A DNA stretch of 39,890 nt. It comes from Cytophagales bacterium. GTDB taxonomy: Bacteria; Bacteroidota; Bacteroidia; Cytophagales; Spirosomataceae. Shown here one piece after another: positions 1-9,330 of the stretch (positions are counted from its first letter, which is position 1; every line of letters begins with the position of its first letter). The notes under the pieces are model-generated. The model ran no database searches, had not been told where the DNA came from, and saw only the letters and a program-made list of their open reading frames with translations. The stretch covers positions 1-39,890 of the forward strand of contig JANPIG010000711.1 in assembly GCA_031424875.1 (NCBI GenBank), in the 5' to 3' direction. The translations under genes were made by a program, and so were the position numbers.

Positions 1-590
1 GTTTTCATACGACCAGCTTCAAAACCAAGGCTTACTAATTGTTCTGTAATTCCTGTTGAGCGAGCTTCTGAGGTTCTGCCGCCGCCAAAGTTTTTTTCGC
101 CAATGTGTATTAAGCCATTTAAGAAAGTACCATTTGTTAAAACTATCGATTTAGCTTTAAACTCAATCCCCATTTGAGTCTTCACTCCTATTACTTTATT
201 ACCCTCCACTAATAGCCCCGATACCATATCTTGCCAAAAATCCACATTTGTATTTTTTTCTAATGCCGAACGCCATTCTTCTGCAAATTTCATTCTATCC
301 GATTGGCATCTCGGCGACCACATAGCAGGACCTTTTGAACGATTTAACATTCTAAATTGAATCATGGTCATATCAGAAATAATTCCAGACATTCCTCCTA
401 GTGCATCTATTTCACGGACTATCTGCCCCTTAGCTACCCCTCCCATGGCAGGATTACACGACATTTGAGCAATAGTGTTCATATTCATTGTTATCAATAA
501 AACCTTTGAACCCATTGTTGCTGCTGCGTGTGCGGCTTCACAACCTGCGTGTCCCGCTCCTACTACTACTACATCATATTCTTTATACAT
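1..590 (-). CDS. mnmG: tRNA uridine-5-carboxymethylaminomethyl modification enzyme MnmG/GidA (5' part; runs off the window; missing from the ORF track)
   Basis: Manual translation from the ATG at 590 gives MYKEYDVVVVGAGHAGCEAA (FAD-binding GxGxxG), then MSCNPAMGGVAKGQIVREIDALGG, which is typical of GidA. Confidence 0.97.
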   Translation of the reverse strand, partial: MYKEYDVVVVGAGHAGCEAAHAAATMGSKVLLITMNMNTIAQMSCNPAMGGVAKGQIVREIDALGGMSGIISDMTMIQFRMLNRSKGPAMWSPRCQSDRMKFAEEWRSALEKNTNVDFWQDMVSGLLVEGNKVIGVKTQMGIEFKAKSIVLTNGTFLNGLIHIGEKNFGGGRTSEARSTGITEQLVSLGFEAGRMK

Positions 591-1117
591 ATTTTTAATG
601 ATAATTAACTCTATTATAAATTTTTAGAAACACTACATCATAATTATAAGTATTCATCATATCCTCTACTTTATCCACCCTAGCCTTTATCTTCTTTAAT
701 ATTCATTACAGGTCAATATTTTTATTCTTTTCTCTATATCAATTTTGATATAATAAATAAATTGGTTTTTGTCTCCTTATTCTTTCTTCACATTGGCTAT
801 AAATTCAAAAAATCCCAACTTAATTTCATTTCTTTTATATTATTAAGCAAATAGACTTGCAATAAATATGTAATTTATCTCCTTTTCGCTATAATAAATT
901 TCTCATGTAATACTCTTTACAAAACGGTGTTTTAAATATTTCTTCAAATTAGTATTACTTAAAAATATAAGTTTTAATATTTGATTGTTTTTAAAATTAT
1001 CTAGTCTCATATCATTCCCTTTTAATAATCTCCTTTACACTACTGATAATTTTTTCTTTATTTTTTGTTGTTCAGTAGTGATTGATTTAACATTTATAAT
1101 CGTAACTTTTTATCAAG

Positions 1118-1133
1118 TGTTCCACGTGGAGTG
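1118..1133. promoter_or_regulatory. parS-like site 1 (TGTTCCACGTGGAGTG)
   Basis: Palindromic core TCCACGTGGA; 13/16 match to TGTTCCACGTGGAACA; exact copy 80 bp downstream. Confidence 0.75.
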
Positions 1134-1197
1134 TTTGATTGAATTCATAGTTTTAAATCTCTATTTTAAGTAGTGATATTGATACTTTTTAGTCAAA

Positions 1198-1213
1198 TGT
1201 TCCACGTGGAGTG
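1198..1213. promoter_or_regulatory. parS-like site 2 (TGTTCCACGTGGAGTG)
   Basis: Identical 16-mer to 1118-1133, in otherwise very AT-rich spacer DNA next to mnmG. Confidence 0.75.
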
Positions 1214-1236
1214 ATTAGTATAAAAATTAACAATTA

Positions 1237-1656
1237 TTATATATCAAAAACTAAAATATAATGACTTTCTAATTTTCTCATTTCAGCTTTATCTGTTGGT
1301 GTATGATCATCATATCCACAAAGATGAAGCAAGCCATGAACAATAACTCTTTTAACTTCTTCATCAAAAACAGTATTCAAGGTCTGAGAGTTCTCTCGAA
1401 TACGATCTATACTAATAAATATATCCCCTTCAATAATAGATTCAACTTCTGAATTATCAAATGTAATAATGTCAGTGTAAGTATCATGATTTAAATATTC
1501 AAGATTGATTTTATGGAGATATTCATCTGAACAAAATATATAGTTTAGATTATTAATGCTAAACCCCTCTTTATCAGCTACTTTTTTTAACCAAGACTTA
1601 AATTTATTCTTGCCTTGAAATTTAAAATCAATATCTTCGTTAAAAAAAACTATCAT
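1237..1656 (-). CDS. ybeY: rRNA maturation endoribonuclease YbeY
   Basis: TDIITF and HGLLHLCGYDD (H3xH5xH-type) metal-binding motif; 139 aa. Confidence 0.96.
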   Translation of the reverse strand: MIVFFNEDIDFKFQGKNKFKSWLKKVADKEGFSINNLNYIFCSDEYLHKINLEYLNHDTYTDIITFDNSEVESIIEGDIFISIDRIRENSQTLNTVFDEEVKRVIVHGLLHLCGYDDHTPTDKAEMRKLESHYILVFDI

Positions 1657-1692
1657 AAGGTATGGTTATTGAAAGATGAACAATTGACGATA

Positions 1693-1700
1693 CAAAGATA
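1693..1700 (-). promoter_or_regulatory. Bacteroidota -7 promoter element TATCTTTG for ybeY
   Basis: Matches TAnnTTTG 37 bp upstream of the ybeY ATG. Confidence 0.6.
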
Positions 1701-1757
1701 CAACACAAATAGATACCAAGTAAAACCATTAATTTAGTAGAATAAATTGACCAAAAT

Positions 1758-3047
1758 ATGAAAACAGAGAAAGTAGAAAATTCGCCAATAATTAAACTAT
1801 TCATGGTAGCTCTTTTATTAAGTGTTTCAGAAAAAGGAAATGCGCAACAAAGAGATAATCTCCGCCAATATGGGGATAGGTATGAGAATACAGGTATTCC
1901 TAATAATTGCGATAATAAACTGTACAGTGTTTCTATAATTGGAAATCTTTTTGAAATTGAAAAAATTGAATCAAAAGAAAAAACTGTGAAAAATATTGGA
2001 ACTGCTTTTCCTTTTAGATGTAATGCTTTGATTAAAGGAACAAATAATAAATTGTATTCGGTAAAAGCTGATGAAATGGCTCGTACAACCGTATATGAGT
2101 ACAATCCTAAAAGTCGGCAAGGAAATTTTTCCAAATGGAATTTGCCTTCACATTCGGACGGTGGTTGGATTTCTGGGGCAGTTGATTCAAGAGGTAAATT
2201 ATATTTTATGACAACCACGTTTGAAAATTTGGCTCGTATTGATATTAGAAAAGCCGATGTAGATGTTCTATGGACAGATAATCTGAAAGTTAAAGATTGG
2301 GATAAAACTAATTGTCAGAAGGGGTGTAACTTTTATATAAATCAAAAAGATGAAATTGTAATTAAAGAAAATAGAGGAGATAATGTATGGTATGTGTCAT
2401 TAGGAGAAAATCCAAAAGTATTGAAAAAAGAAAAACTGTATTCTAAAACAGAAATTAATCCAACTAATGATTTTTCTGAATTTTATAATGAGTTAGGCAA
2501 TTTAATGACTTTATTATTAAGAAGAGATGGTATTTCAAATTATTCAGCAAAGAAAAATGATGCTTTCAGTTTAATGAAAATAGACACTTTACAAAATGGA
2601 ATATTAACGGATTTAGCTGGATGTAATCATTTTATAAAAAAAGAAGAGAAACTAACAGAAGAAGAAAAAGACGAATTAATAACTGTAAATACTGCTAAAG
2701 ATGAAACCATTAGATTGAAGAATGTAATTTTTAAATTGGGAGAGTCAGATTTATTGCCAGAATCATATTCAGAATTGGATAAATTAGTTCGTCAATTGAA
2801 AAAGTACCAAACAGTTGAGATTTTATTAGAAGGTCATACGGACATCACAGGAGATTATAATGAAAACATTAAACTATCCCTCGACCGAGTAAATTCATGC
2901 AAAAAATACCTCATAAATAAGGGAATAGAAAGCCGAAGAATACAAACCAGAGGTTTGGGTAATTCAAAGCCTTTGACTCGCTCAAACAACGAAAAAGAGC
3001 GTGAAATTAATAGAAGAGTTGAGATTAAGGTTATTAAAGGAATTTAA
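1758..3047 (+). CDS. OmpA-family (peptidoglycan-binding C-terminal domain) exported protein with unrecognised N-terminal beta-rich domain
   Basis: C-terminal F..GESDL..ES..ELD, EGHTD and NRRVE OmpA_C motifs; signal-peptide-like N-terminus ending AQ. Confidence 0.88.
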   Translation: MKTEKVENSPIIKLFMVALLLSVSEKGNAQQRDNLRQYGDRYENTGIPNNCDNKLYSVSIIGNLFEIEKIESKEKTVKNIGTAFPFRCNALIKGTNNKLYSVKADEMARTTVYEYNPKSRQGNFSKWNLPSHSDGGWISGAVDSRGKLYFMTTTFENLARIDIRKADVDVLWTDNLKVKDWDKTNCQKGCNFYINQKDEIVIKENRGDNVWYVSLGENPKVLKKEKLYSKTEINPTNDFSEFYNELGNLMTLLLRRDGISNYSAKKNDAFSLMKIDTLQNGILTDLAGCNHFIKKEEKLTEEEKDELITVNTAKDETIRLKNVIFKLGESDLLPESYSELDKLVRQLKKYQTVEILLEGHTDITGDYNENIKLSLDRVNSCKKYLINKGIESRRIQTRGLGNSKPLTRSNNEKEREINRRVEIKVIKGI

Positions 3048-3115
3048 CTGTTGGTGTACTTTTGTTAGTTTATGAATAATCGGTGTACTGGTTATTAGTG
3101 CCTATCTCAGAAACA

Positions 3116-3151
3116 AAAAATGCTTTCAAAAATTAATCTGAAAGCATTTTT
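3116..3151. terminator. Bidirectional intrinsic terminator between convergent genes
   Basis: AAAAATGCTTTCA...TGAAAGCATTTTT 13-bp inverted repeat with A/T tails. Confidence 0.75.
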
Positions 3152-3204
3152 ATTTCTAATTATTGTAAAAATCTAACCGTTACCAATAACCAATACACCA
3201 ATAA

Positions 3205-6200
3205 CTATTTTATCTGTTTAAAATAATTATCCACTTGACGTTTGTAATATGGATTGAGATTTGGAGGAACAGTTCTTAATAATTCCGTTTGGTTTTGTTT
3301 GTCTTTCACGTATTGCTGAAATTGAGGTGGTGTTTTACGTTCAAAAAGTTGCCTAGCGGTTTCGGCTTTACGCTTTTGGTCTTCTTCTTGTTCCTGCATG
3401 GCTTTTTCAGATTCTAATAAACGAGTCAATAATTCTTGCTGACGTTTCATCAATTCTGGATTCATACGTTTATTAACTAAATCAGTTTCTGTTTCTTCCA
3501 TTTTCTTCATCATATCCTTTATCTCATCACCCAATTTACGTCCTTTTTCTGTTCCCTTACTACTGTCCAAAAATCCTTGAAGCATCTTTCGTAGGCGTGC
3601 TTGTTCATTTGCCATTTTAGCTAACTCTTCGGATATTCCCCCCTGCCCTTTCGATCCTTTTTGCATAGATTTACCCATTTGCTCATTCAATTCTTTTTGA
3701 GCCTCTCCCATACTTTTTTGCTTGCCTTTACTTTTTCCTTTACCACTTCCCGAACCAGCCATCATTTGTTGATTTTGTTGCATTTGCTTTAAAACATCCG
3801 ATAATAAAAGTGCTAAATTATTCATTGATGTCATCGCAAATTGTTGTTTTGAGGTTGTCATGGCTAATTTCCTATCTTTTATTAGCTTTACAGCATCTCC
3901 CATATAACTTTTCATATTACCCATTTCACGATTCACAAAGGTTTCAATTTGCAAAACTCGCTTAGACAAGGCATATAAACTATCTTCAATCACCTTGGCA
4001 TCATCTTGTAATTTAAGTTGATCTTGTGATAATTTCACAAATTGAGGATCAGAGGGATTTAAACCTCTAAAATCTTTCATTAATCGTTCTTGGTCAAAAG
4101 AAAGCGTTACAAGGTTATCTAAAATATCCCTCAAATCATCCATATTTTCCTCATTTTGCTTCATTTCTTGCTGTTGTTTTGCTTGAGCAAGTTTCTGAGC
4201 TAAATTACGCATCTTTCTGGCAGCTTTCTTCTGCTTTTCAGCAGCTGATTTATTATCACCTTTATCCATTTTATCTTTTGATTCTTTCTGATCTTGTGAG
4301 ATTTCCTCTTGCCCAGGTTTATCCATATCCATCTTCTCTTCGTTCTTCATCTCTTCGCTCATTTTTTCGGCTTCTTTTAGATCTTTTTTAGTATCTTCAA
4401 ATTCCTTGGATAATTTTTCTTGCTCCTTTTTATTAGCTTCAGTATCATTCTTTTTCTCAGCCGAATTATCAAGTTTCTTTTCAGTCTGTTCGTTCTTTTC
4501 TGCTAATTGCTCTTGTTTCTCAGCTTGTTTTTCAAGGTCTTTTATGGTTTTATCCAGTTTTTGGTCGAGTTGAAGTTTTTTGAATAAGTCTTTCATGCGT
4601 TCCAACTCCTTTTCCATATTTCGCTCCTTGTTCTTCATCCGCTCCATTTGTTCGAGCATTTTGTTATCTTCTGGATTTTGTTCAAGCATCTTTTTTAATT
4701 CCTCATACATTTTTTGGGCTTCGGGATCCATCAAATCTTGCATCATTTTTTGCAAAGCATCCATTTTTTGCTGATTTTCAGGTTTTTGTTCGTTGAAACG
4801 TTGCTGTTTATCATTCAAATTTTGATTCTGTTCTTGCAATTGCTTGATTTCATTCATCAATTCTTCTTTCTTTTTGATGAGTTCTTCGGCTAACTTTTTA
4901 TCCTGAAAATCAAGTTCCTTTTTATTTTTCAAACGATTTTCCAAAGCAGCAATTTCTTTGCGAAGCTTTTGGGCTTTTTCTAAGGTCTTTTCTAATTGGG
5001 CTTCAGTTTTATCAATCGAATTATCAATTTCTTTGTCAATAGAGCGTTTGTCAGGAATAGCATAATTCATAATTTGAGAGCGGGTTGATTTTGCACCATT
5101 TACACCATCATTATCCCAAACCTGAACAAAATATTCAATTTTATCGGCAGGACTTAATTTTAAACTATCCAAATTCCATTGTTTATAAAAACTTTGGATA
5201 GTTTGAGATGTATTAATAGGTAAATTAATAGAAGCATAATTAGTAGTCGATGGCTTACCTTCTCTGAGAACTTTATAGAAAAGCGCCAATTTACTAATTC
5301 CGTAATCATCGGCAATATTTCCACCCAAAACCATAAAATTATACAAGGTAGAATCTTTGTATTGTTCTAAACTTAATTGAGGATGTTTATCAGGAATAAC
5401 ATTTAGGAAAAAACTGATTCCCTCGGCATTTGAGGCGTACTGATTTTTTAAATAAACCTTATATGTACCCGACGCACGTACCCGACGTGTAGCATTGAAT
5501 CCACCGCCCAAAAGATTCTTTTTCGCAATCATGCGACTTTTATCACCCTCAAAAACCATCACAATTGAATCTGTATCAGTAACATTAAAATCCCATTCGA
5601 TGGCTGTACCTTCGGGAACGGTCAAATTACCCATGTTTTTCATGGATTCATTTGGTTTGTTCAAATAAGAAGGATAATTTATATTGACATCAAAGAATAC
5701 CAAACTTGGTCGATTCACCACTTCCACTTCGTGTTCGCCAGAATTAAAGCCTGCCGCTTGAAATTTGAAATCAAAATCTTGCTGAACTTTGGAGAATGTG
5801 TAGGTATAATGTTTCTTATCCAAGGTCTCCATTTTCAATTTACGGTCGTTGAAAACTAAGTAAACGGATTCAGGAATAGTATTTCCTTGAAGGGTTAAAT
5901 TAACTGTAAAGTCCTCATTCTTAAAAGCTTGCATTTTTTTATTATCTAAAACGAAAGAAAAAGGTGCTTCCTCTTGATATTCGTTTTTGAAGTTTACAAT
6001 GCGTTCGGTACTTTTTGAAAAGAAGGCTGGGTATAACATCAAAATCAAAATAATTGCTCCCGCAGGAAGTGCCGCAAATTTGAGGTATTTACGGTTGTCG
6101 TTAATTTTGATAGCATCAGCAAACTTCAAATAGCCTAATTGTTGAGATTTTTGTTTGATAGAAGCCAAAAGCAATTCATTTTGAAAATTGTCAAGCGTTT

Positions 6201-6552
6201 TGGTTAATTGAAGCGTATTGACCAACTTGTCCCCTACTTCTGGAAAATATTTGCCAATTTGGTCGGCAGCCAATTCGTTGGAAAGTGGTTTTTGTTCACC
6301 ATAAAGAAACATCAACGGTTTCACTACCCAGAAAATGAGGGATGCTATGAATGCTCCGAGAAAGGAAAAGAAAAGAATCGTTCGGAAAGTAGTACCAAAA
6401 TGCCCAAAATATTCGAGGGTATTAAAAACCAAAAAGGCGGACAGAATAACCGCCGCCGAAAAAATAGAGCCTTTAATAAGCCTATTGAGGTAATATTTAC
6501 GCTTATATTCCTCAATACGCATCAAGAGCGAAGCAATGGGTGAAGTTGTCAT
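3205..6552 (-). CDS. DUF4175-type membrane-anchored long coiled-coil protein
   Basis: Three N-terminal TM segments, Ig-like mid region (ADDYGIS, VWDNDGVNG), long Q/E/K-rich coiled coil; this family typically lies upstream of ybeY in Bacteroidota. Confidence 0.8.
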   Translation of the reverse strand: MTTSPIASLLMRIEEYKRKYYLNRLIKGSIFSAAVILSAFLVFNTLEYFGHFGTTFRTILFFSFLGAFIASLIFWVVKPLMFLYGEQKPLSNELAADQIGKYFPEVGDKLVNTLQLTKTLDNFQNELLLASIKQKSQQLGYLKFADAIKINDNRKYLKFAALPAGAIILILMLYPAFFSKSTERIVNFKNEYQEEAPFSFVLDNKKMQAFKNEDFTVNLTLQGNTIPESVYLVFNDRKLKMETLDKKHYTYTFSKVQQDFDFKFQAAGFNSGEHEVEVVNRPSLVFFDVNINYPSYLNKPNESMKNMGNLTVPEGTAIEWDFNVTDTDSIVMVFEGDKSRMIAKKNLLGGGFNATRRVRASGTYKVYLKNQYASNAEGISFFLNVIPDKHPQLSLEQYKDSTLYNFMVLGGNIADDYGISKLALFYKVLREGKPSTTNYASINLPINTSQTIQSFYKQWNLDSLKLSPADKIEYFVQVWDNDGVNGAKSTRSQIMNYAIPDKRSIDKEIDNSIDKTEAQLEKTLEKAQKLRKEIAALENRLKNKKELDFQDKKLAEELIKKKEELMNEIKQLQEQNQNLNDKQQRFNEQKPENQQKMDALQKMMQDLMDPEAQKMYEELKKMLEQNPEDNKMLEQMERMKNKERNMEKELERMKDLFKKLQLDQKLDKTIKDLEKQAEKQEQLAEKNEQTEKKLDNSAEKKNDTEANKKEQEKLSKEFEDTKKDLKEAEKMSEEMKNEEKMDMDKPGQEEISQDQKESKDKMDKGDNKSAAEKQKKAARKMRNLAQKLAQAKQQQEMKQNEENMDDLRDILDNLVTLSFDQERLMKDFRGLNPSDPQFVKLSQDQLKLQDDAKVIEDSLYALSKRVLQIETFVNREMGNMKSYMGDAVKLIKDRKLAMTTSKQQFAMTSMNNLALLLSDVLKQMQQNQQMMAGSGSGKGKSKGKQKSMGEAQKELNEQMGKSMQKGSKGQGGISEELAKMANEQARLRKMLQGFLDSSKGTEKGRKLGDEIKDMMKKMEETETDLVNKRMNPELMKRQQELLTRLLESEKAMQEQEEDQKRKAETARQLFERKTPPQFQQYVKDKQNQTELLRTVPPNLNPYYKRQVDNYFKQIK

Positions 6553-6699
6553 GATAATATAATTTTGTTAGAATATATATTGCAAATTCAATTCCAAAAT
6601 ATTCATTTACAGATAAATACGTTGATTTTGCCAACAAGGCACTAAGACTCAAAGGTTTTAATCAAAAAAGTAGTGTCTAAGTGACTGGGCGGCTAAAAA

Positions 6700-7461
6700 T
6701 TAGTTAATTTCCAACAATACAGGACAATGATCTGAATGTTTGGCTTCGGGTAAAATCACTGAACGAACTAATCGCTCACGCATAGGTTCAGTTGCCAAAT
6801 GATAATCAATACGCCAACCCAAATTTTTATCTCTTGCTCCTGCCCGATAGCTCCACCAAGAATAATGATGCGGTTCTTGGTTAAAATGGCGAAAAGTATC
6901 AATAAAACCATTTCCTAAAAACTGTCCAACCCAATCTCTCTCTTCGGGCAAAAAACCTGAACTGTTTGCATTGGATTTAGGGTTATGAATATCAATCGGT
7001 TGATGACAAATATTGTAATCGCCCGAAATTATAAGATTAGGAATCGTCTTTTTGAGTTCGTGAACGTACTCATTAAAATCAATCAGCCACTGAATTTTGA
7101 AACCCTGACGCTCTTCCCCACTCGAACCCGAAGGCATATACACAGACATTAACGAAAAATCCTCAAAATCAGTACGTAAAACCCTGCCTTCTCGATCATA
7201 AATAGGTAATCCACATCCATAGTCAACATTTTTAGGCGTATGTTTAGTCAAAATAGCCACGCCACTATACCCTTTTTTTTCAGCAGAATGCCAATAAATT
7301 TCATAACCTAATTGTACAAAAAGAGTTTTTTCTATTTGATGTTCTTCAGCTTTGACTTCCTGCAAACAAATCATATCGGCATCGGTGCTTTTCAACCATT
7401 CTACAAAACCCTTGGACATAGCAGAACGAATGCCATTAACATTGTAAGTGATTATTTTCAT
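6700..7461 (-). CDS. xth: Exodeoxyribonuclease III / AP endonuclease
   Basis: YNVNGIR, LQEVK, GYSGVAI, GDYN, GWRIDY, SDHCPV motifs. Confidence 0.97.
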   Translation of the reverse strand: MKIITYNVNGIRSAMSKGFVEWLKSTDADMICLQEVKAEEHQIEKTLFVQLGYEIYWHSAEKKGYSGVAILTKHTPKNVDYGCGLPIYDREGRVLRTDFEDFSLMSVYMPSGSSGEERQGFKIQWLIDFNEYVHELKKTIPNLIISGDYNICHQPIDIHNPKSNANSSGFLPEERDWVGQFLGNGFIDTFRHFNQEPHHYSWWSYRAGARDKNLGWRIDYHLATEPMRERLVRSVILPEAKHSDHCPVLLEIN

Positions 7462-7491
7462 TTCAAAATCTGTTTTAAGAGTTAGGACTTT

Positions 7492-7833
7492 TTAAACAAA
7501 TACTTCCTTTTCAAAATACTCAATCACATGAGTTTTCATGATTTTCTCTTGTTCAATAACATTTACGAAAGGTAATTGATTGACCAATTTCCAATGAGGC
7601 CAGCCATCTTGGTCCAAACCTTCAAGTTCATAAATACCACTATAGCTCAAAGCCTTGCAGATGGCGATGTGCATTAGGTCTTGCTTTTGTTCTTTCGTAA
7701 AAAACTGATGCCCTTTACCCAATTCTTGAACACCCATAAGAAACAAGACAGCGTTTAAATCGGATGGACGTTTGCCCAAAGATTCTTCTAATTTATCTAA
7801 TAACAATTCCCATTCTTGGGCTAAATTTTCCAT
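7492..7833 (-). CDS. Conserved hypothetical protein (Bacteroidota)
   Basis: 113-aa ORF between co-oriented genes; LFLMGVQELG..KEQKQDLMHIA..DGWPHW pattern; function unknown. Confidence 0.8.
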   Translation of the reverse strand: MENLAQEWELLLDKLEESLGKRPSDLNAVLFLMGVQELGKGHQFFTKEQKQDLMHIAICKALSYSGIYELEGLDQDGWPHWKLVNQLPFVNVIEQEKIMKTHVIEYFEKEVFV

Positions 7834-7931
7834 TTTTTTTCAATGATATAATGATGAACGGGGTGCGTAATCTGATAGAATGATAGAGTAGAGAATAGTA
7901 GGTTATTTTTCATAATTTATCAATCATTCCA

Positions 7932-8273
7932 TCACTCATTAATTAAAGCCTCCCAATACTCAGTGGCACGGCGAAGATGTGGAATGACAATTGTCCCTCC
8001 TATTAAAGTTGCGACTGAAAAAATCTCTTGAATTTCCTCTGATTTTACGTCCAATTCATGGCATTTTCCTAAGTGATATTTTACACAATCGTCGCAACGC
8101 AAAACCATTGAACACGCCAAGCCCATCATCTCTTTAGTCTTTTCAGACAAAGCTCCATCGGCATAAGTGTTAGTGTCGAGATTAAAAATTCTTTTAATAA
8201 CTTTGTTGTCAGCTGCCATGATTTTTTCGTTCATGGTACTTCGATAATCATTAAATTCAGTAACTATACTCAT
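7932..8273 (-). CDS. Carboxymuconolactone decarboxylase / AhpD-like protein
   Basis: GALSEKTKE..LA.S.VLRCDDCVKYH (CxxC) CMD signature. Confidence 0.9.
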   Translation of the reverse strand: MSIVTEFNDYRSTMNEKIMAADNKVIKRIFNLDTNTYADGALSEKTKEMMGLACSMVLRCDDCVKYHLGKCHELDVKSEEIQEIFSVATLIGGTIVIPHLRRATEYWEALINE

Positions 8274-8541
8274 CTATAAGTGATTGATTTTTGTTAATAA
8301 AATAAAGGCAAATTTCTACTAATTTTAACTTACCATACAAAGTTAATCATTCTCTTGGATTATGGTTCTTTTCATTATAAACACAACAAAAATTATCAGA
8401 TATAATTTCTGAAAACTAATAAACTAAAAAGTTAGTAAAAAAATAAGTAAAGATATTATTCTTGAAAATATTACATTTCAAACCACTAAATTTCTTTGAA
8501 ACATAATACATAGTTTCAAAATTTAAACATCAAATAAACAA

Positions 8542-9330
8542 ATGATTCAATCATTTATTGACCTGATTTTCCCACGTATATGTGCAGGATGTCAGCAACC
8601 ATTGCAACTCAACGAGGAACACCTTTGTACAGATTGTAGGTTCGATTTACCCAAGACGAACTCACATATTGAACCAAACCGCAAACTAATCAATAAATTT
8701 GCTGGAAAAGTAAATCTAAAATATTCACTCGCCTATTTGAAGTTTGTAAAAGGGGGAAAAGTTCAGAAAATTATGCATGAAATCAAATACAAAGACAATC
8801 AAGAATTGGGAGAAATGTTAGGAAGAATGTATGGTTTTGAGTTAAGAGAAGAAGGCTTTTCAGAACAATTTGACTTGATTTTGCCAGTACCACTACACAA
8901 AAAACGACTAATCGTTCGAGGATATAATCAATCAGATTCCTTAGCAAAAGGCTTGGCAGAGAGCTTGAGAATTGAATGGAGGAATGATGTATTAAAAAGA
9001 GGAATTGAAACAGAGTCTCAAGTGGCTAAATCAAGATTAGAACGTTATAAAAATATGCAAGATGTATTTTATGTAGAAAACTTTGAAGGTTTAAAAGATA
9101 AAAAAATTGTAGTTATTGATGATACGTTAACAACAGGTTCAACGCTTGAATCCTGTGTATTAGCACTTAATGATGCAGGGGTAATGAATGTTTCAATTAT
9201 AGCAATGGCAACAACAGAATATAACAAAAAAGGGATTTTGAATATTATTCAAAATCCCTTTTTTGTTATATTTTATATACTATTTATTAGTACCAGCTCT
9301 AATCATCGCACAACGGAAACCGATTGTTGA
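8542..9330 (+). CDS. comF: ComF-family phosphoribosyltransferase-like protein with C-terminal extension
   Basis: N-terminal double zinc ribbon (CAGC..CTDC), PVPLH, RGYNQS, PRPP loop IDDTLTTGST. Confidence 0.9.
   Translation: MIQSFIDLIFPRICAGCQQPLQLNEEHLCTDCRFDLPKTNSHIEPNRKLINKFAGKVNLKYSLAYLKFVKGGKVQKIMHEIKYKDNQELGEMLGRMYGFELREEGFSEQFDLILPVPLHKKRLIVRGYNQSDSLAKGLAESLRIEWRNDVLKRGIETESQVAKSRLERYKNMQDVFYVENFEGLKDKKIVVIDDTLTTGSTLESCVLALNDAGVMNVSIIAMATTEYNKKGILNIIQNPFFVIFYILFISTSSNHRTTETDC
9218..9272. terminator. Perfect 27-bp inverted repeat; likely bidirectional terminator for comF/gldJ
   Basis: AATATAACAAAAAAGGGATTTTGAATA-T-TATTCAAAATCCCTTTTTTGTTATATT, 8 bp past the gldJ stop. Confidence 0.8.

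Noticed and set aside
985-1173. 62-aa ORF in the mnmG-ybeY spacer
   Set aside because: TTG start, F/I/L-rich composition explained by T-rich DNA, and it overlaps a parS-like site.
1111-1220. CRISPR mini-array from the two 16-bp direct repeats
   Set aside because: Only two short units, a 64-bp gap, no cas genes; the parS match explains them better.
1640-2218. 192-aa minus-strand ORF
   Set aside because: Antisense shadow of the OmpA-domain gene with no motifs. The same applies to the many short ORFs inside DUF4175, mfd, A2M, pit and hemB.
3205-6552. SMC/Rad50-like ATPase partner for the nuclease
   Set aside because: Coiled-coil but no Walker A/B or ABC signature, membrane-anchored, and 20 kb away in a housekeeping context.
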